A stretch of DNA of 64,000 nt from Moniliella sp. 'wahieum' (lineage: Eukaryota). The position numbers were made by a program, and so were the translations under genes. Numbering within the stretch: the stretch's first letter is position 1; every line of letters begins with the position of its first letter. Positions 36,701-51,621 of this stretch are shown here, piece by piece. Where the stretch lies: the NCBI GenBank assembly GCA_003971905.1, contig RSEE01000065.1, positions 186,001 through 250,000 on the forward strand, read 5' to 3'. Under the pieces are notes generated by a model, which was given only the letters and a program-made list of their open reading frames with translations, was not told where the DNA came from and did not search any database.

Positions 36701-37837
36701 AGACACGAGCCAAGGTGGTCTCGTCCAATTTGGATTGCAGGAAGAAGGGCACGGCCAGAGCTCCTTGCAATTGACCCGTTTTGTTCGAGTCGAGGTTGTC
36801 AAAGAAACGATTGGCATTGGCCTGCTCGGCGGGGTGATGTCCCAGACCGGAGCACCATATGACCCGGTAGGCTGCGCGGAGATGGATGCAAACCCGGTCG
36901 CCGAACGGGATGGGAGTGTGCCTGTGCGCTGGGGGGCAATGGGCGCAGGAGAGAAGGCAGTAATGGACTGGCGCGAGGGGCGCGCTGAACCTGTGCAGGA
37001 GTGTATCCGCGCGAGGGGGCGCGCTGGACCTGCGCAGGAGTGTATCCGCGCGAAGGAGGCTGGGCGGGAGTGTAAGATCGGGTGGGCAAGGATTGGCCAC
37101 CGGAGGCTTGCTCGTACAGTCCCGGCGGCAGCGAGGCGGGGATACTGGGGATGGAACCGCTCATGAATCCCTGGATGTAGTACATGGCGATGGTGAAATC
37201 AGTCAAATCCAGTGCACCGCGCGAGTGGGTGTCGGCCAACGCCCAGATGTGTCCGAGCTTGTCGAACGGGAGCTTGGACTTGAGGAAGACTTCCTTGGCC
37301 TTTGCGCCGTCCAGCAGTCCGCCTACGGGGCCGGCGTTTGCAAAGATACGCGCGTAGCGTGACTTGGACGCGGGGCTCAGGTCAATAGCAGCGGCCGGAG
37401 TGGAAGCGCGGCGCGCGGGACGGACATGACGGAGGCCGAACGGGAGGGGGGCTGCTGGACCTGTGGATACACAACGCCGTCGAACACGGGCGGGGCGATG
37501 GGGCTCGAGGCGAGGGCAGGGACGATGGCGTGGCCCTGCTGGGCATGGGAGATGAGGCGGAGGGCAGTGCCAAAGCTGCTGGGGGTGAGGAAGCCGACAT
37601 TGTCGCTGTCGGCAATGGCCCAGATCTGGCCGAGGACCGCGGGGGGAGGCGGGAGGCAGCAAAGAACTTGACGGCCTGGTCGCCCACCAGCACGCCAGAC
37701 TGGCCTGGATCAGCGAGCGACCAGAGATGGGCGAACGCGGTGCGCTCGGCCGGGGTGAGTGCCACTGTGGCGCGGGCGGGAGAGGGGCCGTCAGGATCGG
37801 ATGGGGGGGTCGAGGAGGGGGGGCACGTACACGACAT
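30796..37837 (-). CDS. EDE1: Ede1/Eps15-like endocytic adaptor (3 EH domains, coiled coil, long low-complexity region, C-terminal UBA)
   Basis: EH1 'LTPAERTAFAHLWSLADP', EH2 'AKEVFLKSKLPFDKLGHIWALAD', EH3 'VPFFLQSKLDETTLARVW'. Coiled coil at ~35500-35950, FDDAFG-type motifs, UBA 'MGFGRSQVVSALE...ERALEILL'. Introns 37765-37830 and 36635-36699. Confidence 0.85.
33078..33190. repeat. 39-nt coding tandem repeat (x3) in EDE1
   Basis: GACACCGGAGCGACGGG... recurs every 39 nt and encodes 'PAPVAPVSTEVEG'-like units on the minus strand. Confidence 0.85.
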
Positions 37838-38385
37838 GAGGGATACCAGTGGCGGGCAACGGCGAGGGCGGGGGCGGGGGCGAGGACAGCGGCGAGGGCA
37901 ATGGCGCGGGAGGGGACGGAGGGCGGAGGAGGCAGCCAGATGGAGGCTGAGCTGAACGGGAGCGCTGGCTGAATGCATCCTCCGAGCGCAGCCAGCGCAG
38001 GCCAGCAGGGCTGCGCAGGCGCAGTGCTGGCGGTGCGGCGCCCTGCCAGGCACTGCCCCGTGCATGTGCGCTGCCTGCGTGCGCACCTGCGCAGCCCCCT
38101 TGCGTCATTGGCATCTACGCGCCCCCCCACTTGCGCCGTGCGGCCTGCGTTATGTAAGGTGCCGATCATTGTCTGCCCAAGCCATCCTCCGCGGACAGTG
38201 TGTATCTACACCAGCGCAGCACCCACACAGCCCACTGCAACACTCGCGTCTGTTTGCTGCTCCTCCAACTCCATTGCATTGCAGGCGCCCACCACCACCG
38301 GCCACAGCAGGCAGGCAGGCACGCGTAGTGTACAAGAGGGACATTTCCGCCGCTCGCAGCCATCCGGCCCGCCGCACGCCCGCAC

Positions 38386-39393
38386 CTACGCGTGCCGCTG
38401 GTACTGCGCACCAGCATCGCATGGTCACGCTCATACGGCTCCAGCGTCAGCTGCTCCCGTGGCCGGAACATCTCCCCCTGCAGCTTCTTGACCTCCGACG
38501 CAAACACCGCCTCCGCCGGTGCCGTCGAGTCAATGCACGACGCCTTGATGGAAATGACGACATGTCCTTGGTCCTTGAGGAAGTAGTGCGCATTCAGCGC
38601 CACAATACGTGCCTGGTCTGGCTGCGCCACGTCGGCAAAGATCACGTCCACCGTGTCCACCAGCATGCGGTACTTTTGAGGGTGACGCGCGTCCTCAATA
38701 ATAGGAATCACATTGGTGCGCTTCTTGGCCATGTTGATCAGATCCCGCCCACTGCGATGCGAAAATTCAACAGCGTACACCACACCCGTCGGCCCTACCA
38801 CGTCGGCCACATGCGAAACCGACGTTCCGGAAGCAGCTCCCAGATAGAGCACCTTGGCACCAGGCTGGATGTGGATGTGGTCCAGACCACCGAGGATACC
38901 AGCAGCAAGCTTCGAACGGAAAGGGTTCCACACACGGTACTCCACCTTGGCGCCAGGCACACCATCATCTTGAACCACGTCGACCGAAATGCGCTTCTCG
39001 CCATACACCGAATCACCGGGTGCCATGTTCTTGGTCACCAGCAAGTGCTCTTTGCCTTCCGCAATAAACACGCCGGCGTGACGGTGCGGCTTGACAATCA
39101 CCTTGCTTCCACCGCGAGCACCCCCTCGGGCGCACCCCGTCCACGAGGAGCACCCCGTCCACCACCGCGAGCGCCACCACGTCCGCCACCACGTCCGCCG
39201 CCAAACCACCTATCGATAGAGAGAAAAAAAAAAAAGTCAGTTAGCCGGCAAGAATCTCGTGTGGAGACGCCAACATACCACGTCCACCAGGAGCACCACG
39301 AGCACCACCACGTCCCCCACGACCAGGGGGTCCGCCACGCCCACCGCGGAATCCACCGCGTCCTCCACCACGTCCACGGTCACCAAAAGCCAT
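38386..39393 (-). CDS. NOP1: Fibrillarin (rRNA 2'-O-methyltransferase)
   Basis: GAR/RGG N-terminus, '[14 protein letters not shown]', '[17 protein letters not shown]', 'LEPYERDHA'. Intron 39210-39278. Restoring one base near 38410 gives the C-terminus VAQYQRHA*. Confidence 0.97.
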
Positions 39394-39787
39394 TGTGTCA
39401 GATGAAGCAACGATGTGGTTGGGCTGGGCTGGGGGGTAATGCTGTTTTGCCGTGGACGGTCAAGTCGAACGGCAGAAATTTTAGTGCTTACGTACAGGTT
39501 TCTGTTCCGCCTGTGGAGAAGCGGAAACTTGCTGGTGGATTTTGAAATGGATCGGTCCGCCCTCAACCGTTCAACCTCAGCGATAAGTAGGTGCGATAGC
39601 TCGACCATGTATTAAAGCATGCCTTGGACGATCTGGAAACGGAAACAGTGGGCGCGTTGATGGTACACGGATGGCATCGATGGCACCACTGCCAACTTCG
39701 TCCTCCTTCGGTCTCAACATTGAGACCGTCAACCCGCCTTTTTTCAATTCGCACTTTTCGTCTGCATCCGGCCGCATATAACAATCA

Positions 39788-40350
39788 CTAGAAGACCACC
39801 GGGCCTACGGCCCGGTCTGGGCTTCGCCCCAGCTTGGTGCTTGGTGCTGCGTCGCCACCTTACCCACCGTTCCTCCGGTCCACCTTCGCCACCGTAACCA
39901 CCGTTCCCCTTCGCCACCGTAGCCACCGTTCCACCGTTCCACCGTTCCACCGTTCCACGCTGGAGAGCGGAATGGTATTCCCCACTCCGCCTTGGGCGGA
40001 ATTTTATCACCCATGTGCAGCAGCGGGACTGGAACGCGCCGGTGGACTGGAACGTGGCGGGTGGCACGATTACCACATAAACTGCAGCTGGCAAATAAGC
40101 CGCCGCTCTTTTATAAATGGTTCCTCGCTCGTATGTCAACCACGTTCCTCCGTGTCCACACGCGCTTCCTAGGGTACGGGACCGGATGGCGAGAGCCGGA
40201 GGGTCCTGATATCCTGGCAATCCCCCTGGTTCCTTGACCTTAGTGGCGCTTCCAACAACCCCCGCAAGATGAACGGTTCGGTTTAGGCGTAGCGTTCCCC
40301 CTGTCCCAGCCTTAAGCTCTGTCAATGGAATGCACACAACATAGGGTAGA
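39788..40350 (-). mobile_element. Candidate non-autonomous Helitron (~560 bp)
   Basis: Minus-strand 3' end: hairpin ACCGGGCC-GTA-GGCCCGGT (39798-39816), 6 nt, CTAG, then T. Candidate 5' end A^TCTAC at 40350. Internal (CCACCGTT)n repeat at 39885-39958. Confidence 0.65.
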
Positions 40351-40531
40351 TTGATGGAATGCAATGTGCTTGATGTAGCGGGCAAGTGTCTGTTTTGGGG
40401 GTGGCCACAAAGCCAGTCGAAGTACAAGATGAGGCTTTCCGCCTGATGCGAGCAACCTTCCCCACGCAGTACAGGGAGGGAGAGGCATGAGGGGGGGGGG
40501 GGGGGAGAGTGGGGGGTGGAGGAGACGGGTA

Positions 40532-42684
40532 TCACTCCCCGACGATGGTAGTAGCGAAGGTGGCGATCTCCTGTTCGACCGAGGGTGGCTTGAAGGGCCA
40601 AATGTCAAATACGCGAGCCAAAGCGACAAGCTGTGTTGTAGACAAATCGCATACCCTCGCCCTCGGATCCACCTCCTCCTCGGGGGAGTGGGCAAACTCA
40701 GTGTCGCCCTTACCCAGGCGGTACACAATTTCCTCTGCCCCCGGCGCGACGTGGCGCAGCGAGTCAACAATGGAGTGATTGCGCAGCACGAGCACATTTT
40801 TCATCAACCAGTCAAATGTGGGGAACAACGCCACTGGTACTAATGGATCTTTGCGCGGAGTGATCGTGACAAAGGCAAGACGCTGTCGGTTCAGCGCCGA
40901 CGCCGCATTGTCGCTTTGAGGCCCTCCATTGGTCTTGACCAAGCGGGAGTAGGCTCCTTTTCCCACGATCATATGTTCAATGCCATAGATGTGCTCGTAG
41001 AGTGGCAGGAACTCATCCCCACGCATGTGATACTCCACCTGCGCCAGCGCGTCGGTCACCACATTCACCTTGGATCGGTGATGATTCCCTGGTGTGATCA
41101 CCAACCGATCTGCCAAGCTCTCGGTTATAATCAGGTGCATCTTGACCCTGCCATAGCGAAAGAGCCAGGCACGAGATCCCATGGCTGAAATCATCTGAAC
41201 CACCAATTGCTCCCCCAACGTGGTGTTAGGGACCGTCATAAACACTTCCAAAGGCGAGTCCGCTTTCCAATCGGGGGTATCGAACGACATGTGGCTGTCG
41301 GATTCTGTTTTGGAAGGTACGAGGCCGTGGAGCGCAAGGGATAGTCAAATGCTCCGCCCTTTTCCAAATCACTGTACGTGCTCCACTCCCACGCAGAGTA
41401 GGGGAACACAGTGAGCCGGCTCCGATCCACCTTGGACGATTCGGGTGCATTCTCCAAGCGGACAAGCCAGGCCCAATAGTTCAACGCATCCTCCAGGGCA
41501 TAGACGTGCTCCACATTGGGGTGGCGGAGAAAGCGCTGAGTGACGGAACCTACGCCTGCATAGCCCTCAAGAATGATGCGGGGTGGACCCTGGTCGAGCT
41601 TCATGTAGGAAACGACCTTCTCCACAGTCGAACTGTTGTTGAGGAACATGTGGTTCAGCGCATGAAAGGAGGTGTCCCTCTCAAAGCCAAACTCAAACGC
41701 CTGGCCCCACTGCTTGACCGGTGGAAGATGAGGAAAATCTTGATGGGTCTGAGCCAATTTTTTTTGGCCTTGAGTGGGCAAGTCCCAAAATCTGGTGCGT
41801 CGCAATGAGTTCTTCCATTCGCTTTTGGCGCTTGCGCAGCCGGGCCTTTGAGATCCGCGTTCGTCCCAGGAGAAACTGGGTATCAGGGATAGGTGTCATG
41901 GGGGGATCATTGATCACCGCATCCTCATCCCCTGGCGCCTCACCATGATGGTGCATCTCCGCCATAGCCAACGCTTGAGTGATTGACAAGAGTGACATCG
42001 CGCTGCGTCGAGGCGTGAAGTCTGGGCATCCAATACGTTCTGCCGAAGAAGTTCCGCATCGTACTCTGGGGGTCTTACGCCAAACGCACCGGGGAGCGAG
42101 TGTGCGTGGTCTCGCTTTCTTGGGATTTCGTGCTAACCGGGGTGATATTCTGCGCAGCTTCGGAAGAGGGGATGGACTCCGACGGAGCGGGAGGGGATGG
42201 TGCTTCGGAGAGAGGGACGCGTCTTCTTCATCAACTTGCCTTTGGGAAGAACTGCCGAGAGAGGGCATACGATTTGGATCGCGATTGGACGATAGAGAAG
42301 ACACCTCCTCCTCCTCAACAGGCTTTTTGCGAGAACGAGGCCGACGTGGCTGTTTAGCAGGCGTCTCGGCATCAGATGCTGGGGGTGCCGGACGCGCGTT
42401 TCCGCGGGAGCGCTTTTCGGAACTTTGGCGCTGGATTCATCAGCAGCACCAGCTGTAGTAGGAGTCTTTCGGGGCGGGCGGCCGCGTCTTGGACGGGGCG
42501 AGGGGGTGTCGGTCACTACATTGGCTTCGCCCTGGAAGCAGGTTGAGGCGGCACTGAAATGGCGATAAGGAGTTGCAAGAAGAGCCCCCGCGGGAGGAAG
42601 GGAAGTCTGGGTGGCCAACAGGCTTGGTGCTGCCAGCCGCGGGAGGGCATGGGCGACACGAGCGGCACGAGCGGCGAGCGCCAT
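40532..42684 (-). CDS. MTF1: Mitochondrial transcription factor Mtf1 / KsgA-Dim1-like methyltransferase fold
   Basis: Presequence-like N-terminus 'MALAARAARVAHALPRL...YRHFSA', SAM-binding-like 'ILEGYAGVGSVT', 'SRAWLFRYGRVKMHL', and terminal 'FDIWPFKP'. Frameshifted. Confidence 0.8.
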
Positions 42685-43051
42685 GCCGAGCGAGAAGATG
42701 GTGCTGCTCTGTTGAAGCCAAGTGTCTTAGCAGCGCGGCTGGCCCGGCCTGGCACGGCTGAAGAAGCCAGCGACGCGACAGCGATTACCTAAGCTGTTAT
42801 CACGTGTGCGTTCGCTGCCACGCCTGCGCAAATATCAAGTAACACTGAGTAGGTGGACTTGCCCACAACCCGGATCGAAGTGGTGTCCCCCCAAGAAGAG
42901 TCGGCAACAAAGCCACAACTCTCTCATCCGCACTGCAGTGCACAGATGTATCCTACCGCACCACTACTACACCTGATTCACCTACTATGCGCTCACACAT
43001 ACATGCAACATGGTCGATTACCGAGACAGCCCCCGGATACGACGGGCCTCA

Positions 43052-45353
43052 TCACAGTCGGATCATATCGATCCGACACCGCTCGGCAAAGCGATAGTCG
43101 ATCTGCTGCCCGTCCTCGGCCGGCAAGTCCTGCATGGGCGCAACAGTCACCTCGGCAAAATACCCCCCCCGGTCGCCCGTCCTGCCTCCCAAGCGACCTG
43201 GGTTGAGGCAGACGGTCGGAAGCACTTCCTTGACCGATGGCGGCAGAGTTGACGGAAGTACCAACAGATCCGGCGTAGCGTTCACAAAGTCGGCCAAGTG
43301 CATGTGAGCAATGTCCACCGCCAGCGGCATCTCCCCTTCTTCCGGAGCGGACGGTGTGATGGGGTAAAAGTTGCGTTGCGAGATGACATGCAGGAAGGAA
43401 CGGAGGATCGGGTCGCGCGTCGTCTTGGAAGTAGGCAAGGGCGTCTTCGAAGGCAAAGTGACCATCATCTCCTGACTGCACAGATCGCGCAGGACATCGG
43501 CCGTGCTCAGGCCCAAAAGGCATTCGTTGATCCACAACCCGCACGGATTGGGAAGGAGGACCAGACGGCGGTCCTCAAAGAGACCATGGTGCACGTCAAA
43601 CATACCTTCCTCGGTGGACGTCTCCTTCGACAGAGCTGGTTGAGGATAGGCAACGTGGGAACTAATATAGTCATCGGTGCTGGCGACGATGGCGATCCTG
43701 AGGGTGGGGATCGAAGCTAGTAGCGTCTTGAGCCGCCCCGAGAACCGGCTGCGGATAATTTCTTCCGGGAATGCCTCAGGATCCTCCTCCAACGCTTTGT
43801 GTTCCCCGACAAGATCGGACCCAGCAAGACCAACACATCGGGCGCAGCTTGAACAACATACTGAGCCAGCTGGGCCAGAGGTTGGAACAAAAGGTCCGAG
43901 GCTGAAGTGAACGGTCCGCCGCCACAATCACTTTGAGCGGCTGGCCATTCATGCTCTTGGGGCTGAGCTGATACTTGCGCAACTTCTTGACTTCTTCTTT
44001 TCCTGCGGGCAGCCGAGGAGGCAAGAGGACCTCCGACACGACAAAACCCAAATCGCCCGACCCGGATCCGGTACCATTCCGCCCTCGAAGTCCGACAAGC
44101 ATGCCGGGGAAGAAGCTGACATGGTCAGTGCGCTCCAAGCCATCGTCCTCATCCCCTGGCTGACTTCCAGGAGCGGGAGGCGCAGAGCGCACTTGGCATC
44201 CCATAGCAAACGAAAGTTTGACCCGATCCCCATCCCCCGTTCGCTTGCTCACCTCCAGTCCCATTCCCATGTCCGCCAGCTTGGGAACCCCCGTCTCGAG
44301 CCAGTCAGCGGAACCATCATCCTCCCCTTGCTCTGCCCGCTTGGCCAAGTTCCGCACTTCCCCCGGCGAGTCAACCAAAGGCACAATTCGCCCCACAGTG
44401 TATACGTCCTGTTGGGTCTGGACACTGGGATCTTGAAACACGCTTGGGCTATCCAGGTTGTAGTACTCAGCCAGCACAACCGCCATCTGCTCAATATTGT
44501 CGTCCAGCACTGGAAATGGGAGGCAGGCAGGTCAGTGCCTGGGAGAGGATGGGGAGAAAACACATACCCGAGGTGACCGCTTTCTTGGGTGTGAACATGT
44601 ACCGGTAGTTCCACTGGGACGGATCAACAGCAAAGAGAAAAATGCCTTGCCCTTGTGGACACTGGGATCAATGTGAGTGTCGAGGTAAGAGTTAAATCAA
44701 GTTGGGCAAGGGGGAGAAGGGGTGTGGGTGTAGCTGTTGTCGGCACGGGACTTTGCTTGGGCCACTTGCTGCTTGGTAGGGAGAGACTGAATATTCTGTG
44801 TGTTGACCTGCTTGATGGTGGCGGTCAAGTCATCAGTCTTCCCAGCGCCGGAGCGTGAAGGAGTGGTGGGCTCGAGCTGCCCAGCAAAGTCCGACCAATC
44901 GTCATCCATGTCCATAGACACATCGCCCGAGACCCTACGAGTTTGCTGACGGCCGGGGGTGGTGCCAGGGATGCTGCTCAGCCTGCGGGGTGGAAGGTGG
45001 GGGGGGAGGGGGGGGTTAGTGACCACGTCGATGGGTAGACGAAGACGACATACAAACTACTTTTGCCGCGGCGGGTAGTGGAGAGGACATTGCGAGGCGT
45101 GGCGCGCGGAGTGATTTGGTCGGCGGCCGAAGCAAGGCTCTGACGAAACGCGTCGATGTTCTTGGGGTTAAAATCGAGCATGGCATTGTCCATGCTGAAT
45201 GCTTCCCACTTGAAAAAGAGGTCTTCAGCGCTGAGGGCATGGGAGGTGCACAGCTGTGCCACAGCCGACAAGGCATCGCGGGCGTCGTCTGAAGAGAAGA
45301 CCAAGCTGCTGGGAGAACGTTGATCCGAGTTGGCGCTGGAGTGGGTCCGTCAT
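43052..45353 (-). CDS. POL12: DNA polymerase alpha-primase B subunit
   Basis: 'EDLFFKWEAF', 'QDVYTVGRI', 'SFFPGMLVGLRGRNG', 'AYPQP', 'LLPNPCGLWINE', 'ISQRNFYP', 'CLNPGRL', terminal 'RCRIDMIRL'. Probable introns near 44990-45055 and 44510-44570. Confidence 0.9.
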
Positions 45354-45727
45354 ATCAGAGACGATACCAGGCTGGTGGTGGTGGTGGTGGTGGTGATGGG
45401 GAAGACAGAACGGCGGGGGTTGGGATTGGCTGGCACGTCGCGTCGACATCGCGCTTCTGACGCGACGCGCATTGGCGTTGTTTCAATTTCACTTGCGTGG
45501 CCGCGATTTCGCTTCTTCCAAGCATCCCACCTGTGATTGACACCTGCGACTAAATGATAGGCGGGGTGCGCCAGCTTATATACTTCTACAACTCGCCCTC
45601 TCGGCTCTATTCGCCTCCATTCCCACTTCTGTGGTTCCTCGGACCTCCAGTCGCAGCTGAGCTCGTAAGGATATGCATACATAGGAACAAGGGCAAGGGG
45701 AATCCAGAATGGAACTAGCAAATGCAC

Positions 45728-47356
45728 TTAGATCTCCTCAATAACCAGGTCGGGATCATACTCCTCTTCCTCCTCAGCTTCGGCTGGCCGCTTGGCTGGT
45801 GTGACCTGTGGCGCCTCGCCGGCATCATCATCCAGGTCTTGAGCGTAGCCTCGCTCTCGTCGCGCTTCAGAATGTTGACCAAGCGGACAACGGCTTCGGT
45901 AATGCGTTCATCCTCTTCACGCAGATGGGCCTCGCGGACCACAATGTACACCCCGCGATGACGCAGACACTCCCGTCCATACAAGGTCGTGCATAACAAC
46001 AAGAGCGACTCGACCAGCATCAACCGCAGCGCCGGATCCCGTTCTCTCTCCTTGTCCTCCGAAGGGAATGGCACGACTCGGGCAACGATTCTTGGTCTTC
46101 CATGTCCAATTCAGCCACCTCCTTCCCATTCACCAGTGGGATCAAAAGTGAGGGCAAAAGATCCAGTCCGGCAGAAGGCCGTTTGACCGACGCCAAAGCC
46201 TGGACATGAGCTCCTTTCCCTTCGGGAATGTGGGTGGGCGGGGCAATGAGCAGCCTGTGTTCTGCCTTGAGGAATAGGATGTTTCTATCACACCCGAGAT
46301 TAGCGCAAGAAAGGCCCACGTGAGAAGGAAATACGTACTTGAGCGTGCTCACCACGCCACCTCGCCGGATCAAGTCGGGGTGCTCAGTGTAGATCATGAT
46401 CCGGGCAATGGGTAAGAGCAGAAGGAATGTTCCCCTCAGAAGCAATGAGTGCCAAATTCTCGGTATCAGCGGTAGCGTGGGTGGGTTCAACAAACCAAGA
46501 ACGGCCCTTGGGGACAATGGAAACATTAGCAAATACGCTCGCGAGGAAGTTGCAATTGGACTTGCGCTCGAGCTTCGGCCTGCCGTCAGGGCCAATCTCG
46601 GGTTTGGGGGCCTCTCCATTGTTGGCATCCTTTTGTGCCTTTTCCACCCGTGCCTTCATCTCTTCGAGGGACGAGGCATTGCTGGCGACTGCTGCCCCCT
46701 CCTCAAACGCATCTAGAAGACGGTTGAGCGCTGGAACAAGTTTCTTGGCCTCCTCTTCTTGTTTCCGCGCTTGAGCGGCCAAGCGAGACGCGCTCTTGCA
46801 TCTCAGCCTTCTTGGCCTCAAAGTCGGGAGCGTTGGGGTCGGCATCCATGCGCCCATGAGAGATCGGATGTCAGCTTGTTGAACAAACTGATAGAAAGGC
46901 GCCTGCGGCACCTGCAGGTTGAGCAGGTCCCCTGAGACTTTGTCGTCCTGGGTCAAGTTGGACAACAGCATACACGCCAAATCGGCCAGCAGGGACACGG
47001 GATCGGCAATGTATGTGACGAGGAAGGTGAGGAACTCCTTGTCCCCGATTCGCGTCCTCAGCCCTGGTTCGTCTGCCAAATTGATGAGCGTGGAGAATGC
47101 GGATGGGCAGCCATGGGCTGGTCCTTGCACAGCGCTTTGAGGTCCTCGATCTGGTCCACAGGGCGGTGGTTGCGCCCAACCAAGATGCCACGGCCATTGG
47201 GCGCCGAAAGGGTGTTGGGCGCGGCAGTGAGCAGCTTGCGGAAGGGACTGTCTTGGCGGAGCCGGCAACATGCTCGACAGCCATTTGGCGGGCAGTGTTG
47301 TTCGGGTCAGAGAGGAAGGTGAGGAGCTCGAGAGCCACCTTGGTGTTGGCATCCAT
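45728..47356 (-). CDS. HGH1: Hgh1 (FAM203) eEF2 chaperone
   Basis: 'ELLTFLSDPN', 'LADLACMLLSNLT', 'FLASVFANVS', 'IRRGGVVSTLK', 'KERERDP...LVESLLLL...GRECLR..GVY...LVNILKRDE'. One intron at ~46285-46337. Confidence 0.9.
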
Positions 47357-47796
47357 GATGGGCAGCTGGGACAAGGGGCGATGGTGGGGAGGAACGGCGG
47401 GACACGGAGCGGTCGTCCCTCAGGCTCAGGCTTCATGCGAAGCAGGAGGGCAAGACATCCACTGCTGCATGACGTCGGTCGCCTTCGCTGGGCTTCAAAT
47501 TTTTCGTCCGCATGGCTTCAGGCTCAGGGCCTCAGGGCCTCAGCATGCATCCAAGGTGCCGCCTGCCTATTCCACAACGCCCAAGGCCAGCTGTTCAGTA
47601 TTTCATTTCAGCGCTTAGCTCAGCCCAAGGCCCCTGCCTCGCTCCCATGTCAGATTCAGAGGAGGAATGCTCCCACTTCCGCTCCGTAGCTCCGCCGCGC
47701 CAATCCACCACGGCCTGCCAGCCCAGCCGACCAAGTTATCCGACTGCCGACTAGCGTCTTCCTCCTGCTCTGAACCCTCCCTCGTTGTCTGTCACG

Positions 47797-48724
47797 ATGG
47801 GCTTGCTCACCATCATCCGCAAGAACAAGCGTAGGTGCCCTCCCTTGCGTTCTGCTGTTGTGTAGCTTACTGATTTGCTCCTCTAGTCAAGGAGCGCGAG
47901 TTTCGCATCCTCTTCCTTGGTCTCGACAATGCTGGCAAGTCGACCATCATCAAGAAGATCAATGGCGAGCCCATCGACTCGATCAGTCCCACCCTTGGCT
48001 TCAGCATCAAAACGTTTCTGCACAGGGGGTGCGTTTTGCCCCCCCCCTTCCTCTTCATGCCTAACCAACCTATGTTTTGCTTTCACCAGATACACCCTCA
48101 ACGTTTGTATGTCGCTCTCCTTCGCATGTGCTTGGGTTACTGACGAGCGCAGGGGACGTGGGTGGACAACGAACGTTGCGTCCGTACTGGCGCAACTACT
48201 TTGAGCGCACCGATGCTGTCGTCTGGGTTGTGGACAGCAACGATGTGGACCGGATTGCAGATTGTCGACACGAGTTCCAAAGTCTTTTGAGCGAGGAGGT
48301 ACGTGCCCCTTCCGCCCTCCCCCCCTTTTGTCTTTGCTGTTCTAATCCACTCTGGGCCCCCAGCGACTGGCAGGCGCGTCGATCCTTGTGTTTGCCAACA
48401 AACAGGACATAGCAGGCGCGCTGAGTAGTGACCAGATCCGCCAAGTACGTTTTCTATCCTGCTCCTCAGTCCCAACTCTGACCTCTTCTGTCGGTCCCTC
48501 GACCCCAGCTCCTCGGGCTGGACGAGATCAAGTCCCATGCCTGGCGCATCCAGCCCTGCAGTGCCGTGACGGGGGACAATTTGCTCAAGGGGTTTGACTG
48601 GATGATTGACAATGTAGCCTCGCGCGTGTACTATTTTGGTGCCGCTCGCTCTGGCACCGTCGAGCCAGGCTCCGACGCCCGCCCCGTGCCCGCCCCTGGC
48701 ACCCCCGTTGCCCCGGCTCCTTGA
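47797..48724 (+). CDS. ARL2: ADP-ribosylation factor-like GTPase Arl2 (Cin4/Alp41)
   Basis: The spliced product reads [27 protein letters not shown]...[18 protein letters not shown]...FANKQD...CSAVTG. Five GT-AG introns: 47831-47887, 48029-48089, 48107-48152, 48299-48363, 48445-48508. Confidence 0.95.
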
Positions 48725-48821
48725 ATCATCGCTCTGTAACATGTACGCCTCAGGGCTTTCTCCCATGTAGTCGTCACCCCAAAATGTGAGATAGTTCAAT
48801 GGGCGCTCCAGGGTGCCATGG

Positions 48822-51621
<2,800 letters not shown>

